Below, piece by piece: positions 61,636 through 64,000 of a stretch of 64,000 nucleotides of DNA. Position 1 is the stretch's first letter. Each line of letters starts with the position of its first letter. The notes below the pieces were generated by a model, which saw only the letters and a program-made list of their open reading frames with translations, did no database searches and was not told the origin of the DNA. Position numbers and translations under genes: made by a program. This stretch comes from Candidatus Obscuribacteraceae bacterium (GTDB lineage Bacteria; Cyanobacteriota; Vampirovibrionia; Obscuribacterales; Obscuribacteraceae). The stretch is taken from assembly GCA_044226015.1 (NCBI GenBank), contig JBGAHS010000004.1, forward strand, positions 704,001 through 768,000. The letters run 5' to 3'.

Positions 61636-63126
61636 TTACATACCCTCCGCGATGTGAATAGCTTTGAGAACGCTAAGAGCTTTGTTTCTCGTCTCTTCAT
61701 ACTCTGCTTCTGGCTCACTGTCTTGCACTATTCCAGCACCGGCACTGATGTGTGCAATACCATCTTTCACCAGGGCCGAACGAATCGCTATTGCAGAATC
61801 ACTATTACCCTTCAGGTCAAAATAACCTACCATTCCTGAATAGATACCCCTCTTTTCAGGCTCTAGTTCCGAAAGTAATTCCATTGCTCTTATCTTAGGT
61901 GCACCAGAGACGGTGCCAGCCGGAAAACAACTTTTGATGGCATCGAAGCAATTCAGTCCATCTGCCAGCGATGCGCTAATGTCTGTTGAAAGATGCATAA
62001 CCTGTCCGTAGCGTGTAACTCGGGCTATTTCGCCCCAGGCTACCGAACCGATTTTAGCGACTCTGCCGAGGTCGTTTCTGCCTAAGTCGACAAGCATATA
62101 ATGCTCAGCCAACTCCTTTTCCGACGAGCGCAGATCGGCTTCAAGAATCTGCTCTTCTTCCTCCGTCTTTCCTCTTGGTCTAGTGCCGGCAAGCGCCGTC
62201 AACGATAGTTCAGCATTTCTGCAAGCTAGCAATCGCTCTGGCGATGCGCCTAGATATGCGAAGTTTGGAAATTGCAGATAGTAACCGTAAGGTGATGGGT
62301 TGATGGACTGCAAAGCTCGATAGATGCTGAATGCATCACCTGCAAATGGATGAGCAAATCTCTGAGCAAGAACTATCTGGAAGACCTGACCTTCAGCTAT
62401 GAAATCCTTGCAGCGCAGTACCTTGCTTATGAAGTCTTGCTTGCTCATTGCGGGCTCTACTTTTGCGTGAAAGTCAGTGTTCGAGGACGGATGTTTGAAG
62501 ATGCTTATCTGATTTCTAATCTGATTTTTTTCGAGCTTTTCCACTATTTCTCGGCAGTGCGTTTCGCCTCGGAAAGAGAGAACTTTCATTTGTCTCTCTT
62601 TGTGGTCGAAAATTATTGCAGAGTCATAGAGGGCAAAGATGCCGTCGGGAACTTGCATAGCGTCGCTTTCTTGTGCTGCTATTTTGTCAAAGAACTGCGT
62701 GGCGCCGTAGCCTAAATAGCCGACGTATCCGCCTTCAAATGGTAGCTCGTTGGCACGATGGCTGGCTGAGTCAGGGACTTTACGCTTTAGCAGGGCAGAT
62801 CTTCTTGCCATGAAATCGAAAGGCGTAGTTGCTTCCTCGACCTTGACTGCTTCATATAGCCCGTTGTCCTGGCGCTTTTGAAGTGTAAGCCTGTCGCCTT
62901 CTATACTAATAACTTCGCATGGATCAAAGCCCAAAATGGAGTATCTCGCAAGCCTGCTATCGGATTCAGAGCTTTCAAATAAAAATGAATACGGAGACTC
63001 GTTGCGCAATTTTTCATACGCCAACACTGGCGTGATATGGTCAGCAAGGACGGCGATTTGGCTCATGCTCTTTATTGCTGGCAATGCGTCGTCGCTAAGG
63101 AAACTGTCAGTTGAGATAGCGGACAT
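61636..63126 (-). CDS. trpE: Anthranilate synthase component I
   Basis: FLFES, FQIVLAQR, NPSPY, GASPE, LAGTRPRG, EHYMLVDLGRND, PAGTVSGAPK; SD GGAG before ATG 63126. Confidence 0.96.
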   Translation of the reverse strand: MSAISTDSFLSDDALPAIKSMSQIAVLADHITPVLAYEKLRNESPYSFLFESSESDSRLARYSILGFDPCEVISIEGDRLTLQKRQDNGLYEAVKVEEATTPFDFMARRSALLKRKVPDSASHRANELPFEGGYVGYLGYGATQFFDKIAAQESDAMQVPDGIFALYDSAIIFDHKERQMKVLSFRGETHCREIVEKLEKNQIRNQISIFKHPSSNTDFHAKVEPAMSKQDFISKVLRCKDFIAEGQVFQIVLAQRFAHPFAGDAFSIYRALQSINPSPYGYYLQFPNFAYLGASPERLLACRNAELSLTALAGTRPRGKTEEEEQILEADLRSSEKELAEHYMLVDLGRNDLGRVAKIGSVAWGEIARVTRYGQVMHLSTDISASLADGLNCFDAIKSCFPAGTVSGAPKIRAMELLSELEPEKRGIYSGMVGYFDLKGNSDSAIAIRSALVKDGIAHISAGAGIVQDSEPEAEYEETRNKALSVLKAIHIAEGM

Positions 63127-63143
63127 GGTTATTTTCTCCAGAA

Positions 63144-63182
63144 CAAACAAAAAGACCGCAGATTCTGGCAAGCCCGCGGTCT
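63144..63182 (-). terminator. trp attenuator terminator (3:4 hairpin)
   Basis: Minus strand AGACCGC...GCGGTCT followed by TTTTGTTTGTT, just upstream of trpE. Confidence 0.8.
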
Positions 63183-63230
63183 AACTACCTTTTATTTGTC
63201 TGAGCGATTCGCTCAACACGGCTTACCTGA

Positions 63231-63278
63231 TCAGTTTGACCAGCTCCACCAGTTGAATTGTAGGCTCTGACAGTTCAT
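63231..63278 (-). CDS. trpL: trp operon leader peptide MNCQSLQFNWWSWSN
   Basis: Translated by hand; SD GAGGA at 63288-63292; three Trp codons (TGG TGG AGC TGG); lies upstream of the attenuator. Confidence 0.85.
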   Translation of the reverse strand: MNCQSLQFNWWSWSN

Positions 63279-63474
63279 TTGATTCAATCCTCAGTCGCTC
63301 GCAAGAGCGCCGTTCGTTTTTGAGATCTCGAATACTAACAACTGAGTAATCTAAAAGCAAGTTATCGTGTCAAAAAGTTTCACAAGGTTTTCAAAAAGTG
63401 AATTTAGTATCAAATCAACCTGAAATCACACCTGAATGAGATGCAACGCCCTGTGCATCTCTTTCTGGTTTGTT

Positions 63475-63984
63475 TCAAAGTAATTCTGCCGGTAATGGTG
63501 GGTAGAGTGTGGCTGGGGGTCCGCCGTCAGGATCTTGCAATTGCAGAGAATCGAACTTCTTATTCAGTCTGGGAACTGGAGTGCGAATCTGAATTTCCGC
63601 CGCCAAGCCTGGGCAAGAACTGTCTTTCATACCAAGGTCTGTGCACCAGTGAGGGCGATTAGACTGAATCGGCTGCCCGCTTTTTTCTTGGGTGGAATAG
63701 ACTAAGTTGCGAATCAGCATAGTCCAATCTGCTTTGCTTTCAACGCAATGAGGCGCAAAGAAAAGCAATTCGAACTTGCTTATGACACCTTCTTCAAATG
63801 GCGTGTGACGTGAAAGAAAAAGGCTGGCACCTTTTGCTTTCTGTATTTCAGCCGAGTTGAGAAGAACGTAGAGCGATCTGTTCAATGAGCTTATTGGGAT
63901 AGCCTGGAAGAATTCTACAAACGATTTTCCGTCAACTGTAATTGTGGGGTCGGGAATTCTGTTCACTTCAAACTGCTCAGACAT
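63475..63984 (-). CDS. Hypothetical protein
   Basis: 169-aa ORF with SD-like AGAGGA upstream; no motif recognised. Confidence 0.5.
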   Translation of the reverse strand: MSEQFEVNRIPDPTITVDGKSFVEFFQAIPISSLNRSLYVLLNSAEIQKAKGASLFLSRHTPFEEGVISKFELLFFAPHCVESKADWTMLIRNLVYSTQEKSGQPIQSNRPHWCTDLGMKDSSCPGLAAEIQIRTPVPRLNKKFDSLQLQDPDGGPPATLYPPLPAELL

Positions 63985-64000
63985 CCATGATTCCTCTGCA

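Noticed and set aside
63345..63373. Sigma70 promoter for the trp leader (TTGACA on the minus strand)
   Set aside because: Perfect -35 but no convincing -10 at 16-18 bp spacing, so not reported as a feature

Overview
Bacterial chromosomal window of mostly housekeeping and lineage-specific genes. The gene style (many signal-peptide TPR proteins, TadE/TadG-like pilins, PDZ-vWA) suggests a non-photosynthetic cyanobacterial relative (Vampirovibrionia/Melainabacteria), but this is inference only. Recognisable content: arylamine N-acetyltransferase, NrtR-like regulator, GH5-like glycosidase, two AI-2E transporters, tRNA-Gln(CTG), an imuA-imuB-dnaE2 mutasome, pyrG, gatC, a Ca/cation antiporter, 3-hydroxyacyl-CoA dehydrogenase, an APC permease, polA, a PafA-type phosphatase, Tad-like pilins and a full trpEGDCFBA operon. 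I saw no transposase, integrase or CRISPR-Cas. Best leads: (1) a ~90-nt rod-shaped RNA with paired ends and a U tail, directly upstream of a TROVE/Ro60-like vWA gene and an ARPP-2-like HTH gene (candidate Y-RNA-like ribonucleoprotein system) next to the mutasome; (2) two tandem arrays (27/28-bp and 69-bp units) 14 kb apart that share the palindromic core CGGTACCG and both start about 15 nt after a stop codon in the same transcriptional orientation; (3) a candidate SOS box CATAC-N4-GTATG in the imuA promoter; (4) an unannotated Trp-rich leader peptide with a complete attenuator; (5) a secreted three-repeat Cys peptide. All family calls come from visual motif recognition, not database searches.
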